Of a stretch of 64,000 bases of DNA, positions 28,903-41,803 are shown piece by piece; position 1 is the first letter of the stretch, and each line of letters opens with the position of its first letter. The translations under genes were made by a program, and so were the position numbers. This stretch comes from the human T2T-CHM13v2.0 reference genome, Homo sapiens: positions 22,080,001-22,144,000 of the forward strand of contig CP068257.2 of the NCBI GenBank assembly GCA_009914755.4. Reading direction: 5' to 3'. The notes under the pieces are model-generated. The model searched no databases, was not told the origin of the DNA, and was given only the letters and a program-made list of their open reading frames with translations.

Positions 28903-30759
28903 ATGTATAGACAATAAAGATCATCCCTGTATAAAGTAATCAGTTATGAAAATCTCTGTGGGAATTAAAGGAAGAATTAAAGTGGGCTATGTGGATCCAC
29001 ACCAAAAAAAATAAAACACAGTTCCCTGCTTAGTGGGTATAGCAGGTTGGAGTCTCTGTGAGTCAGATCCTGAGATACAATTGGATGTTCAAAAGGTTTA
29101 TTGGGGAATAATATCAAATAATGAAAGTAGAAGAGGAGGAAAGCAGGACTGGCTGGGGAACCATCAGATCACAGTGGAGATCTGACAATGTTCCTGCCAT
29201 TCCAATGGTTCTCTGAAGTGACACACCTTGTCATAGTCCCATGTTGAGTGGCAATGGTCATGCTCTGTCAGTGTGTGACAGGAATTGCCTTGAGAAAAAC
29301 ACGACCTTGGCTCAAAATCTGACAGGGGTGATGAAGGAACAAAAGCAGGAGACTGTCAGAGAGAAAGTAAATAGTTACTTAAAGGAAGATCTCAGTGACC
29401 TATTGTCATATCTACCACAATTTACTCCTTTTACTGAATGTAGCCACTTTTCCTTACACATGTGGGAGCAACTTTGCCAGGGTTCTAGAGAGCTTCTCTT
29501 CCTGCGAAGGAACATTGAAGAGAAAGATGAGATGAAATATAGCCCACCTTACTGCGGTTAGTCTCGAGGCTGCAGTGGGATTCATCTTCTTCCTTATGCA
29601 CTATTCAATACAAACCCACTTCTCCTCAGCTACAACCTCCATTGCTCTGGGTGGCTTACTCCATGGTGAGTGGGGGAATGAGTGACTTAAAATCTCACTC
29701 CTGAGCTGACAGGTCATCCAATAACTAAGATCTTTTCAGGCTAGTTTTGTTGAACTTATACTTCACAGTCACCAAGAGACACTCAAGAAGATCACCTTAC
29801 TTCCATATGTAGTCCTACTGCCCCCATTATATAATAGCAGCCCTAGTTTCTTCCCCCAATCAGGGTCAGTTGCCCATGAGAAGATTGAACAGTATTTTTT
29901 TTGCTTACTGATTCCTAGAAAAAGGAGCCCAAAGTGTCAGGCAGTAACTTGTAGTTCAATCACAATTTCCTGTTTTCATGGATGAGAATACACCCCTTTG
30001 AGTACTAGGAAGTCTCATCCTGAAGAATACATTAGTGAGAAACAGTAAGAGAAATACTCCAGTGGGCCTCTAGGAATGATGGTGCAAGGGGCAACTCCTG
30101 TTTCTTCTCTTTGTTCTTGGACCCACGCATTCTTCCACTTGGAGCACCATGTTGTGTTAAGGTCTTTGAATTAACGCTTACACTATAGCCTAGAGTTTGG
30201 TGCGTTTTGATGACAGAGTGTTGCAGAAGGAGCGCTGATGTTTTCCCATCAGTTTTCTCAGGTTCAGGAAAAAAATAGACAAGGGGAAAGATGGGGCTAC
30301 ACAGCTGTCAAACATCAAAAACAGGGTCAAATTCTTTATTACATTCACAAAGCAGATGGAACCCGGTTTACTGGACAGCAGCCTATAATTACCATCCTAA
30401 TCATCGAGTTCTATGTAGAACATGAGGAAATGTAATTCCTTTCAGGATTTTAGTGTAATTTAAATTGATGTATGTTATACACACATTATTTTAATATTTT
30501 TAAAAGAGCTCTATGTACAACAAAGCATATGTCAGCTCCTTTACTGTAAGCAATAATTTTCCAGTATGAGAACAATTTGGAGATACTGAGTTGAAGTCTC
30601 CAAAACTAATTGGCCAGGGAAAAAATTGAATTTAGCCTTAGAAAAAAATTATGTATCTAATGAAATGTCTTTATCAAGACTAATAAAATAGTTCAAATAA
30701 TTGTGGATGGTAAAGAAAAAGGAGCAATTGAGCCAGCAAAAATATATATATGTGTATAA

Positions 30760-31038
<279 letters not shown>

Positions 31039-32555
31039 CACACCCGGCTGAGCCACTAAAAGAATTTAGATAAGGGAAAAGATACAGTCATGGCCAAATG
31101 CTTTGTAGAGGGAATATCTCTTCCTCCAATGGATGTTTCGAAGACGGTGGTTGTTGGGGTATTCGGTGGCTAATTCTTCAGTGTGAATTATTGCAGAAAA
31201 TGACCTAAGTCAAATGTTGAAAGAAAATATGGGCAACAAGTTACTGACAAATCTGAGAGAGTGAACTGAAAAGGAAGGAATTAAAACAACTGGGCTATAA
31301 TTCATTTCTCCCCCAGTTACTATGGATTGGATGCTCTGGGCAAAGAAGGCAAGTTCTAGTCTTCTAGTCTTGCAAAAATGATAGCTGAACCTCTAGACAA
31401 GCAGTCTAACAAAGTTGGTTAGGAGAAAATTCCTCATCTGTTGAATGCTTTGAGCACTGATTTTCCTATTTTAGAATTGTCTGCGATAAACAAACTTATA
31501 CTATGTGAATTTATGGGACATGGTTCCTTAAGGAATGTTACATAAGTAAACAACTATCTGGGGAAAAAAAAAAAGGAAAATATGAAATAACTTAAGAAGC
31601 CTGTCCTGTTGGGTGACCTATAATCCTCATTTAAAGATCTCTTTTATTTGAGTCTGATAGCATGTGTTCCAATGGGAACACAGCATGTGTCCAATGTGAG
31701 AAGGAACAGCTTGTGGAGTCAGGAGGATGTGCAAAGCCTCTCTCTGAATTTTGTTTGTTTGCATCCGTGTAATTGTCAGTAAAGCTCACTACTGTGAAAG
31801 TCTCTGATTTGTGTGTTTCCTATTAGACAATCAGATCTCTGTGTTAGATTAGTTTTCTGTTTTTTTATGCACTTAACTACAAATGATTTTTGTAATCTTT
31901 GAATGAAAACTTTTTCATCTCAATTCATTGTTAAATTGGTTTATAGTTTTAACTTCTACACCAGCTTTTAAAATTTGGCAATGAATTTGCATCATACTCA
32001 TAAAAGGAATTGAGAAACACTTTCTATTTTTCTTTAGGTTTAAGTATGTTTAAAATAACATAAGTTAGATAAGAACTTTAGCATATATCCATTATGTTTT
32101 CTTATCACTCACTTAGTATGTAAAATAATACAAATAATTTGCAATTTTGGAACATCAATAACTATAGGTGCCCCAGGGATATTGATCTAGATTTCAGGTA
32201 TACTCACCCCTGGGTATACTCAGGGGATTATTTCCCACAGTATCTCCTTAGGATACCAAAATCCACTGATATTTAGTTCTTGCTGTAAAATGGTGTAGCA
32301 TTTGCATATAACCTATGCGCATCCTCTTTATATTTTAAATCATCTATAGATTACTTATAATACCTTGTATAATGTAAGTGTTATGTAAATGGTTGTTATA
32401 TTGCATTGTTTAGGGAATAACGACAAGAACAAAGGTCTGTACATGTTCAGTACAGATGCAATCATTCATTATTTTTCTAAATATTTTCAATCTGCAGTTG
32501 GTTGAATCCACAGATGTGGAAACCACAGATGCAGAGGGCTGCCTCTATAACAGTG

Positions 32556-32578
32556 TTTTTTTTTTTTTTTTTTTTTTT
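32556..32578. repeat. poly(T) tract, 23 nt
   Basis: Seen directly. There is no adjacent SINE body, so this is probably a remnant tail or a slippage product. Confidence 0.9.
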
Positions 32579-33349
32579 GGTAGCACGTCAAGCCTACATG
32601 ACAGTGTAGATTTGCTTCCATTTAAGTCCTGGAGCAAAGCCTAACATTTTACTATTTTTCAGGAATTCAGCAGACAGAGGCCTGAGAGTTTGCTTAATGA
32701 GGAGCTGTAACACCTGAGATCTATGACTGCTGAATTCCGTTCACCGTAGTGAACATAAAATCAAACTGGACTTGAAGGATAATGTGCTTCCACGGCTGTG
32801 CGACTGAGTGAGAACTGAACCCTTGGGTAGTCGAGGATAGGAGCATGAGCAGGTAACTGAGAACGAGGGGAGGAGAGGCTAGAGCATGGAATTTCGGTGT
32901 TTTGGGTTAACATTTCAACACAGAAATCAAGGTTTTGCTTCCTTTTACTCAAGTAGACCCCACTAGCTGAAACTAGTATTTTGTCACCTTTACTAGATTT
33001 TCCATTCTTTGGCAGTCCCACATTACTTGAAAACCACTGGGATGTACAATTATGAGCCGAAAAAGAAATTTACCACTCATTTGAGGAGACTCAGAAAACT
33101 GAAAGAAGAAGATTAAGCTAAATGCTTGGAACAGGTCACTTCCATCATTAGAAGAAACGACAAATGAAACAGACTTTAAATAATGCCAGTCTTGGTTAGA
33201 TTGCTTATAGAGTTAAGATTGGGGTATGAAAAAGACTTTCTCACATTTTTAAACAATGATTTTAAAATTTAAAACTACAGTAGACTAATTGAAAACAGGA
33301 TACTTACTTTTGTGAAATTTGAATCATATGATTAGATTAGTGGCCTTAA

Positions 33350-33353
<4 letters not shown>

Positions 33354-33395
<42 letters not shown>

Positions 33396-33680
33396 GACGC
33401 AGTTTCACTCTTCTTGCCCAGTATGGAATGCAATGCGCAGTCTCGGCTCACTGCAACCTCCACCTCCCGGGTCCAAGTGATTCTCTTGCCTCAGCCTCCT
33501 GAGTAGCTGGGATTACAGGCGCCTGACACAATGCCTGGCTATTTTTTTTTTTTTAATTTTTAGTAGAGACAGGATTTTACCATATTGGCCAGGCTGGTCT
33601 TGAACTCCTGAGCTCAAGTGATCTGTCTGCCTCAGCCTCCCAAAGTGCTGGGATTACAGGCATGAGCCACCGTACCCGGC
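33354..33680 (-). mobile_element. Alu (AluS-like), antisense, carrying an uninterrupted 41-nt poly-T tail and an expanded internal T14 linker
   Basis: T41 at 33354-33394, then GGACGCAGTTTCACTCTTCTTGCCCAGTATGGAATGCAATGCGCAGTCTCGGCTCACTGCAACCTCCACCTCCCGGG...GGCTATTTTTTTTTTTTTTAATTTTTAGTAGAGACAGGATTTTACCATATTGGCCAGG...GCATGAGCCACCGTACCCGGCC. Confidence 0.9.
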
Positions 33681-33940
33681 CAAGATTTCATAATCACATA
33701 TCCACATAAAATATTTTAAAGCTGTGTGCCTTCCTTCACATTTTTATGGTTTCTCTCTAAAATGAACTGTTCTAAGCTTAAGAAATTAAATATTGTACAA
33801 TTTTCACATAATTGTAAATATTATAAAATAATATATTCATGTAATCATTAATATTAAAAATTTGCTATTGTATATCAAAACACCACAAAAATTAATTTTA
33901 ATTTAAAAAGTATTTTTCTTTTTTTTAGTTGGAAATTTTA

Positions 33941-34205
33941 TTTTATTTTATTATTTTGTTTTATTATTATTATACTTTAAGTTTTAGGGTACATGTGCAC
34001 AATGTGCAGGTTAGTTACATATGTATACATGTGCCATGCTGGTGTGCTGCACCCATTAACTCGTCATTTAGCATTAGGTATATCTCCTAATGCTATCCCT
34101 CCCCCTCCCCCCACCCCACAACAGTCCCCAGAGTGTGATGTTCCCCTTCCTGTGTCCATGTGTTCTCATTGTTCAATTCCCACCTATGAGTGAGAACATG
34201 CGGTT
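33941..34205 (-). mobile_element. L1 3'-end fragment (~230 bp + T/A-rich tail), antisense; ~14-bp TSD AGTT(G/A)GAAATTTTA
   Basis: The reverse complement of L1 end-of-ORF2/3'UTR: TTTAAGTTTTAGGGTACATGTGCACAATGTGCAGGTTAGTTACATATGTATACATGTGCCATGCTGGTGTGCTGCACCCATTAACTCGTCATTTAGCATTAGGTATATCTCCTAATGCTATCCCTCCCCC...CCACCTATGAGTGAGAACATGCGGT. Flanks AGTTGGAAATTTTA (33927-33940) and AGTTAGAAATTTTA (34213-34226). Confidence 0.85.
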
Positions 34206-34577
34206 CTTTAACAGTTAGAAATTTTATAATGACCCTTTTTCTTCTTGAGCTCACAATTTCATTCTACTTCTTTCAGAGAATTCTATACCACAGTAAAATA
34301 TTAGATAATTGTAATTATTTTCGATGACAATTTTAAATATTTTTTGCTACCAGATACGTAAAATATGAATGTGAAGTGAAAAAAATTTTTTTTAAATTCT
34401 TGCCCCATAAGACATTTAGTATTATGAAACCAAACATTATTTTGGTTTGAGGTGTCATTTTAGTTATTAATGTAGACTGCTGATCATAACATAAATATAT
34501 TACGTAACTTTATATATGATTATAGATTATCAATGCCTAAACATTTTAGAACTGCACACCACTTACAAAGGTAAATG

Positions 34578-34895
<318 letters not shown>

Positions 34896-35277
34896 TCAAT
34901 AGTTCATTTGGTCCTATATGGCTATCAATTCCTGTTAGCGTGACACAGGCTTCAGAACTAAGTATCTCCATAATTTCAGTTTTTACTAATGTAACATTGA
35001 GAAATTTTGTTTCATATACCTAAGCGCATATGAATGGGAGGTACCTCACTGTACAATGTCACTCAACAAAATGTCAAAGAGAATACAGTGCTCTATTATA
35101 CGATTTGTCCAAAATGATTATTCAACTGACAAATCAATTCACTCTTCCTCCTATTATGTTGAAAACGACATACTGGAAATATATGATAAACAAAACAATT
35201 TATTTCTCAGTCACTAGATGTAACCATTGGACAACATCGTTTAGGAATAAACAATGATATTGAAAATAAAAACAAGA

Positions 35278-35739
<462 letters not shown>

Positions 35740-36244
35740 TCAAGTTATATTTATCCTTTAAGATTTTGTATAAGGCATGTATCTATGTCTATGCATGTAT
35801 GTGTCTATGCATACATATATAATATACAGTATTTTATGTATATGATTGTGTGTGTATATATATAATATTAAAACAAAATAAAAGCCAATACATTTTAAAA
35901 AAACATAATTATACAGTCTAACATTAGTACTAAGAAGACTTAGATAAAGCAATTAATCTAAAATATACAAGGGGGCAAGTCAGAAGGCACACATATTTGG
36001 TCTTCAAAGATTATAAAATTTTGCAGACTTTTCCATATTGAATATTTAAAAAATCAAATAATATTAGAGCTAAACACAATGCATTCCAGTTACTGCCAAA
36101 ATAGAGCAAAATTTCTACTGAAGAAACCTGTTTGTATTTGTGCAAATTGAGGGCATGACATCAGACAAATTAGATATGGTAAGTTCTAAAGGACACTGTT
36201 ACAAAACTATACTTTATGCAAATGTGCTTGCATAAAAACAATTT

Positions 36245-36880
36245 CCTGCACCCATCAACTCGTCATTTAACATTACGTATATCTCCTAATGCTATCCCTC
36301 CCCCCTCCCCCCACCCCACAACAGGCCCCGGTGTGTGATGTTCCCCTTCCTGTGTCCATGTGTTCTCATTGTTCAATTCCCACCTATGAGTGAGAGCATG
36401 CGGTGTTTGGTTTTTTGTCCTTGAGATAGTTTGCTGAGAATGATGGTTTCCAGCTTCATCCATGTCCCTACAAAGGACATGAACTCATCATTTTTTATGG
36501 CTGCATAGTATTCCATGGTGTATATATGCCACATTTTCTTAATCCAGTCTATCATTGTTGGACATTTGGCTTGGTTCCAAGTCTTTGCTATTGTGAATAG
36601 TGCTGCAATAAACATACATGTGCATGTGTGTTTATAGCAGCATGATTTATAATCCTTTGGGTATATACCCAGTGATGGGATGGCTGGGTCAAATGGTATT
36701 TCTAGTTCAAGATCCCTGAGGAATTGCCACACTGACTTCCACGATGGTTGAACTAGTTTACAGTCCCACCAACAGTGTAAAAGTGTTCCTATTGCACACC
36801 AACATGGCACATGTATACATATGTAACTAACCTGCACATTGTTCACATGTACCCGAAAATTTAAAATATAATAAAAAAAA
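36245..36880 (+). mobile_element. L1 insertion with twin-priming inversion: inverted segment 36245-36794 (ORF2 C-terminus through 3'UTR, minus strand) joined to direct 3'-terminal segment 36795-36880 (plus strand, poly-A)
   Basis: 36245-36794 is the reverse complement of L1 (CCTGCACCCATCAACTCGTCATTTAACATTACGTATATCTCCTAATGCTATCCCTCCCCCC...CAACAGTGTAAAAGTGTTCCTATTG). 36795-36880 is sense L1 (CACACCAACATGGCACATGTATACATATGTAACTAACCTGCACATTGTTCACATGTACCCGAAAATTTAAAATATAATAAAAAAAA). The two segments are contiguous in L1 coordinates. ORF 36373..36846 (157 aa, ...MIDWIKKMWHIYTMEYYAAIKNDEFMSFVGTWMKLETIILSKLSQGQKTKHRMLSLIGGN) is an L1 ORF2p C-terminal remnant. Confidence 0.85.
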
Positions 36881-37489
36881 TTCCTTATAAAATGTAAAAT
36901 TATCTTTTTGTCAGCAGAACCATCAGTTTTTTTGTTTTGCTTTTATGCCTCCTATATTAAGAAGATCATCTCACATAGCAAAGCTATCTGCTAAAAAGCT
37001 TTCTCTTTCACCGACCCCATGTGAAACATTGTACACCTTTTTCTGGGCCAAAGTACTTAATGTGAATGTTATACAGGAAAGTGTAAAATAATACACCATT
37101 AATTTTACACTACATTTTGATATCAGAGCTACCCTGGCTCCCAGAGAATGAACAACTGTCAGGAAAGTTTCTTTCAGGAGGAAGGGCAGAGAAAGATCAT
37201 AAGCCAGGGAGACAGAGGAAGCTAGATCCTTATCCAGGAGCTAACTCCAACACAAACCAGTTCTGACACCCTGAGACACCCGTAACCTTCCTAAGTCTCA
37301 GTCTCTTTATCTACAAAGTGTGTTTTGTTAGCTTTAAAAGATTCAATACAGGCAAAGTGTCACAAGTAAATGTAAGTTATAAACTTTATTTCAGAGACCT
37401 GGAAGGCATACCAAGGCAAACAGAAGAGCTGCAGCAAATGAAGACAGTGTGGTATTGGCAAAATAAGAGGCAAACAGATCAAATATTCA

Positions 37490-38475
37490 GTAGTCACATG
37501 TGGCTAGTGGCTACTGTATTGGACAGTACAGCTGTTTAGTATTTATTTATTCATTCTACTGTTATTATGTGAGTTCTTTCTACTTTGGAGATATTACTAT
37601 TAATGTTCCTAGGAACATTCTAATACTTGTTTTTAGTGTTTATTTGTATGTGTCTCTGTTGCATATGTATGCAGAAGTGGAATTGCTGGCTTATAGATTA
37701 TCATATGTTCAACTTCATAAGTTACAGGCAAACAATATTCCAAAGTGGTTGTATCAATTTCCCTCCTACCAGCAGTGTGCAAATTAATTTAAAAATTATG
37801 TCTACACAAAAACCTGCACACAGATATTTATAAATGCCTTATCATAACTGCTAAAACTTGGAAGCAACCAGCATGCCCTTCAATAGGTGAATGGATACAT
37901 AACTCATGGTATAGCCAAAAATGAAGGATTTAGTTATGTATTCAAGATTCATAATAAATGAGCTGTCAAGCCATGAACAGACATGGAGGAAACTTAAATG
38001 CATATTACTAAGTGATAGAAGCCAATCTGAACAGTCTATCTCCTGTATACTTTTAACTATTTGACATTCTGGAAAAGGCAAGACTAAGGAGATATTCAAA
38101 AGATCACAGTTTCCAGAGGGAAACCATGGGGAAGGCAGGGGATGAATAGCTGGAGCACAGAAGATTATTAGGACAGTGAAATTATTCTGTATGATACTAC
38201 TATGGTGGACACATACAGAGTACAATGGTCTAGACTCATACATGGTACAATACCAAGAGTAAACCCTAACATCAGTTATGAACTCTGGGGATAATGAAGT
38301 GTCAGGTTGGGTTCATTGATTGTAACAAATGTCCCACTCGGGTGCTGTGGGATGTTGATAATGGAAGAGGCTGCATATTTGTGGGGACACAGTAAATGAG
38401 AATCTCTGCATTTTTGCTCAATTGCTGTGACGCTAAAGCTTCTCAAAAATAAGCTATTAAAAAACTAAATAAATC
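37490..38475 (+). mobile_element. Older L1 (L1P/L1M-type) 3' portion (end of ORF2 + 3'UTR), sense, diverged
   Basis: Similarity to ancient L1 3' ends: GCAGAAGTGGAATTGCTGG...CAAAGTGGTTGTATCAATTTCCCTCCTACCAGCAGTGT, then ...AACCAGCATGCCCTTCAATAGGTGAATGGATACATAACTCATGGTATAGCC...AGAGGGAAACCATGGGGAAGGCAGGGGATGAATAGCTGGAGCACAGAAGATTATTAGGACAGTGAAATTATTCTGTATGATACTACTATGGTGGACACATACAGAGTACAATGG...CTCAAAAATAAGCTATTAAAAAACTAAATAAA. Subfamily and exact 5' boundary are uncertain. Confidence 0.5.
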
Positions 38476-39959
38476 CTTTAAATGGTAATATAGTGGAATA
38501 ATGACATTTTATAGGCAAAATGACATAAAGAAAATATTGATATATCTGATATCAACATTTCCATTTTCACAGATTTACTTATATATGGGATTATGGTTAA
38601 TTGATGGTAAAATGTTATTTGCAAATTATAAGAATTTTTTAACCTATTGTTAATAGGTAATAAGGCCTGATGCTACAACAGGCAAAAGATTTAAAAGAGT
38701 ATAAAGTGAAAAGCTTGATGATAACTGTGGCTCGCTTTATCATCAAACTTTTGTTACCTCATCAACGATTCAGTGAACATATGCTATTTGCTAGCATTGT
38801 CAAAGTACATGAAGAAAATGAATCTCCTAGTATATCAAAACATTACAGCGAATGTTATAGACAAAATTGGAGACTTACGCTACATGATTGTACTTGCTTC
38901 AGAAGAGAATATGAATAAATGAAAAGAAAATTTGTTAGTTTTTTTTTTCAAGAGATTCTCCAGAGAGGAAGAAAAAACAGTTTGCACCATAAAAAATAAG
39001 CAAGAATAATTTTAGCTGAAGACTAGAACAGGATAACTAGATGAGCTAACCCAAAAGAGGGGCTACTCAAAATTTAGTTAGTTGTGAATTTCATCCAAAC
39101 ATTTATTTGTCAACTATGATTTACTAGTTGTTGTATTAGACATTGAAGATACAAAAGTCAGTAATTACAGAGGAGCCTACTGCATAGTGAGATAGTAACA
39201 CAAACACATGATTGTAATACAATTGTAATATTATTTAAGCATAAAGCCCAGTGCATCCTGATAACTTTTAGTAGTTGCTGTTAAATACTAAATGCCAGAC
39301 ATATTAAGTATTTACTTTTAAGATCTCCTGTGTCTGTGGCCTCCTATTCTTATTACTCCTCTGGTGGTAGTTTTATTACTAGCTCAGGGGCCTAGCTGAT
39401 CCATATAGCAGTGCATGAATTTCTGTAAAGCTATTTGTATAAAGAATCTCAAAGCCCATCATCTGGGTTTAGGGAATTGAGCCATTACAAGATTGCAAGA
39501 TCACCTAGTTTTGTTCCCCCGGATATTTCTTTAATAACTCTTTACTATGCTCACTTTAGGAGTAGAGACGCCAAAGTTGCAACTGAATCTGTCATGCTCT
39601 GCTTTACTTTGAGGTAGAGAAAAGGTCTATTGACTCTTAATAGGTGCAAAAATTCTGTATATATGTTGGAGAATTTTGAGCAGACATCTCACATCTAAGT
39701 GAAAGAGTTGAAACTGAAGTAACAGGAGAATTTTGCAAAAACACTTAATTCATCTGCATAAGTCACTCTGCTAGAATATAAAAGGGACACCTGTACACAT
39801 AGGACACATGAGACCTGATAAGAAGACAAAAATCTGTGACTTTCAGTTATGTAATTCAGGGTAACGATATGAAGCTTGTTTAATAAAATGATCTGGAGAC
39901 TAGAATGAAATGCAACTGAGATAAAGATCCCAACTTAACTTTTAAAACTTACACTCTTT

Positions 39960-40614
39960 TTGTTTGTTTGTTTGTTTGTTTTTATTATACTTTAAGTTTT
40001 AGGGTACATGTGCACAACATGCAGGTTAGTTACATGTGTATACATGTGCCATGCTGGTGTGCTGCACCCATTAACTCGTCATTTAACATTAGGTACTAAA
40101 GGTCATTATTTTTGAGTCTGTCTTTATCTCTAAGCGCTGACTATTCACAGATATTTAAAGTTCTGAAAGCCTTTTTCCCTCTTTCTCTCTCTCTCTCACT
40201 CTTGAATGTGTCCTTTTGAGCTTTGACTATAAATGTAAAAAGAAAGAATAGCAGCTTTTATGTATTTAAATACAGTCCAAGGTAGTCAGTCATCTCCTGG
40301 TTCTAATTTCATACGATGATCTGAGCTTAGATCACTCTTCAATCTTTAGATAAGTTTTTAAAAACAGAGGCAAAATTAACACATTTTAGATAAACCTATG
40401 TACAGTTTTAATTTTTGAGAAGAGGAGGGAAAGGAACTTAACTACTTAGTGCATCTGTGGTAAGACAAGTTGTCATCCTTGTTGGTATCCATTACAAAAA
40501 AGTCAATTGCAAATGGTTTTGTATTTCTTAGTTGTACAAAAATCTGGGTCTGTGTTTCTACATGTTTTTCAACTAATAAAAAGCTTGTAAAACTAAAAAA
40601 ATAAAAATAAAAAT
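39960..40614 (+). mobile_element. 655-bp TSD-flanked retrotransposed insert (probable processed retrocopy / 3' fragment of a polyadenylated transcript): (TTTG)5 + antisense L1 3'-end piece (39982-40094) + ~500 bp unique + AATAAA + A-rich tail
   Basis: Perfect 16-bp direct repeat AAAACTTACACTCTTT at 39944-39959 and 40615-40630. The right end reads AACTAATAAAAAGCTTGTAAAACTAAAAAAATAAAAATAAAAATAAA directly before the 3' TSD. The TSD starts with AAAA and is preceded by TT, consistent with an L1-endonuclease TT|AAAA target. Confidence 0.6.
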
Positions 40615-41501
40615 AAAACTTACACTCTTTGAAGGAAAGTTTTCCCTCCTATAAAAAGAGCTTATGAGGTAAATTTAGAGGACTTTAGGAATAAATACTA
40701 TAACATCTGTTGTTTAATATATATGACAGTATTTGTTTAATATATATCACAGGTTTACTTCGAATGCTTCTGGATAAATTAGGAAAAAAAATGGCTATGA
40801 TGGACAGTGGAAGGTTTGAATTTAGTTACATTTCAGTGATGGAATTATCAATCCAAAAGACATGTAAAATCATGTAACGTACAAATTAAGTAAACTGGGT
40901 GGGGGAGAAAGCAAAAAATGAAAAACTATAGCAAAAAATGGAAGAGTAAAATATTTTCAGAAAACACATACTAGATAAAAAGAAGACAATGGAGAGAGAA
41001 CCTATACAACGGAGGTGCGACATAATTAATATCCTGGACAGAAGGAAACGGCTGTGTCAGGGTCACCTGCATACTGGGACAGGCAGAGTGAAGAAAACAG
41101 TGGAAGCTTTTTCTTCTTTCATTTGTTAAAGTTAGCTGTTTAGCTTTATAAAGATATCCCTAGGAATATGACATTGTAACTTTTCTCTGGCTTTGTGCTT
41201 TCTTAGATACTAAATTCTGCCTTGTGGTGACGAAAATTAATGGCATAAATGCATTCATAAAGGAAGTTATTAAAGAGTTATGTGACTGAATTACAAGTAA
41301 GGATTATTATACTTGCAAGTTCATAATGTAAATTTTTAAAAAAAAAACATAATACAGAAAGGGCGTGGCTTCTAAAAACACAGTCCCGAGAAGAGTTGTA
41401 CAATTCATAAGGATATCTAAGCTGTGTATAAGTAGTTTGTGTAAGTGCTTGACTTTCCATAATTTTGATCCTGTAGTAATTTTTTTAAAAAATTAAAGGC
41501 C

Positions 41502-41803
41502 GTAGGGACATGGATGAAGCTGGAAACCCATCATTTTGAGCAAACTATCGCAAGGACAGAAAACCAAACACCGCATGTTCTCACTCATAGGTGGGAATTG
41601 AACAATGAGGACACTTGGACACATGGTGAGGACTATCACACACTGGGGCCTGTCGTGGGGTGGGGGGAATGGGGAGGGATAGCATTAGGAGATATACCTA
41701 ATGTAAATGGTGAGTTAATGGGTGCAGCACACCAACATGGCACATGTATACATATGTAACAAACCTGCACGTTGTGCACATGTACCCTAGAACTTAGAGT
41801 ATA
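41502..41803 (+). mobile_element. L1 3'-end fragment (~300 bp, end of ORF2 + 3'UTR + poly-A), sense; TSD AA(AA)TTAAAGGCC
   Basis: GTAGGGACATGGATGAAGCTGGAAACCCATCATTTTGAGCAAACTATCGCAAGGACAGAAAACCAAACACCGCATGTTCTCACTCATAGGTGGGAATTGAACAATGAGGACACTTGGACACA...GGGAGGGATAGCATTAGGAGATATACCTAATGTAAATGGTGAGTTAATGGGTGCAGCACACCAACATGGCACATGTATACATATGTAACAAACCTGCACGTTGTGCACATGTACCCTAGAACTTAGAGTATAATAAAAAAAA. AAAAAATTAAAGGCC at 41487-41501 and AATTAAAGGCC at 41807-41817. ORF 41514..41759 is an ORF2 remnant. Confidence 0.88.

Noticed and set aside
29241-29561. 106-aa ORF in apparently unique sequence (MLSGNGHALSVCDRNCLEK...)
   Set aside because: No flanking splice-site or promoter evidence that I can see. 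AT-rich surroundings and stop codons immediately outside. The length is within chance expectation for 64 kb x 6 frames. I cannot exclude a degenerate ancient repeat, but nothing supports a coding exon.
36373-36846. 157-aa ORF with clear similarity to L1 ORF2p C-terminus
   Set aside because: It is a 5'-truncated, inverted L1 remnant from the twin-priming insertion. It cannot encode a functional reverse transcriptase, since the RT and EN domains lie upstream and are absent.
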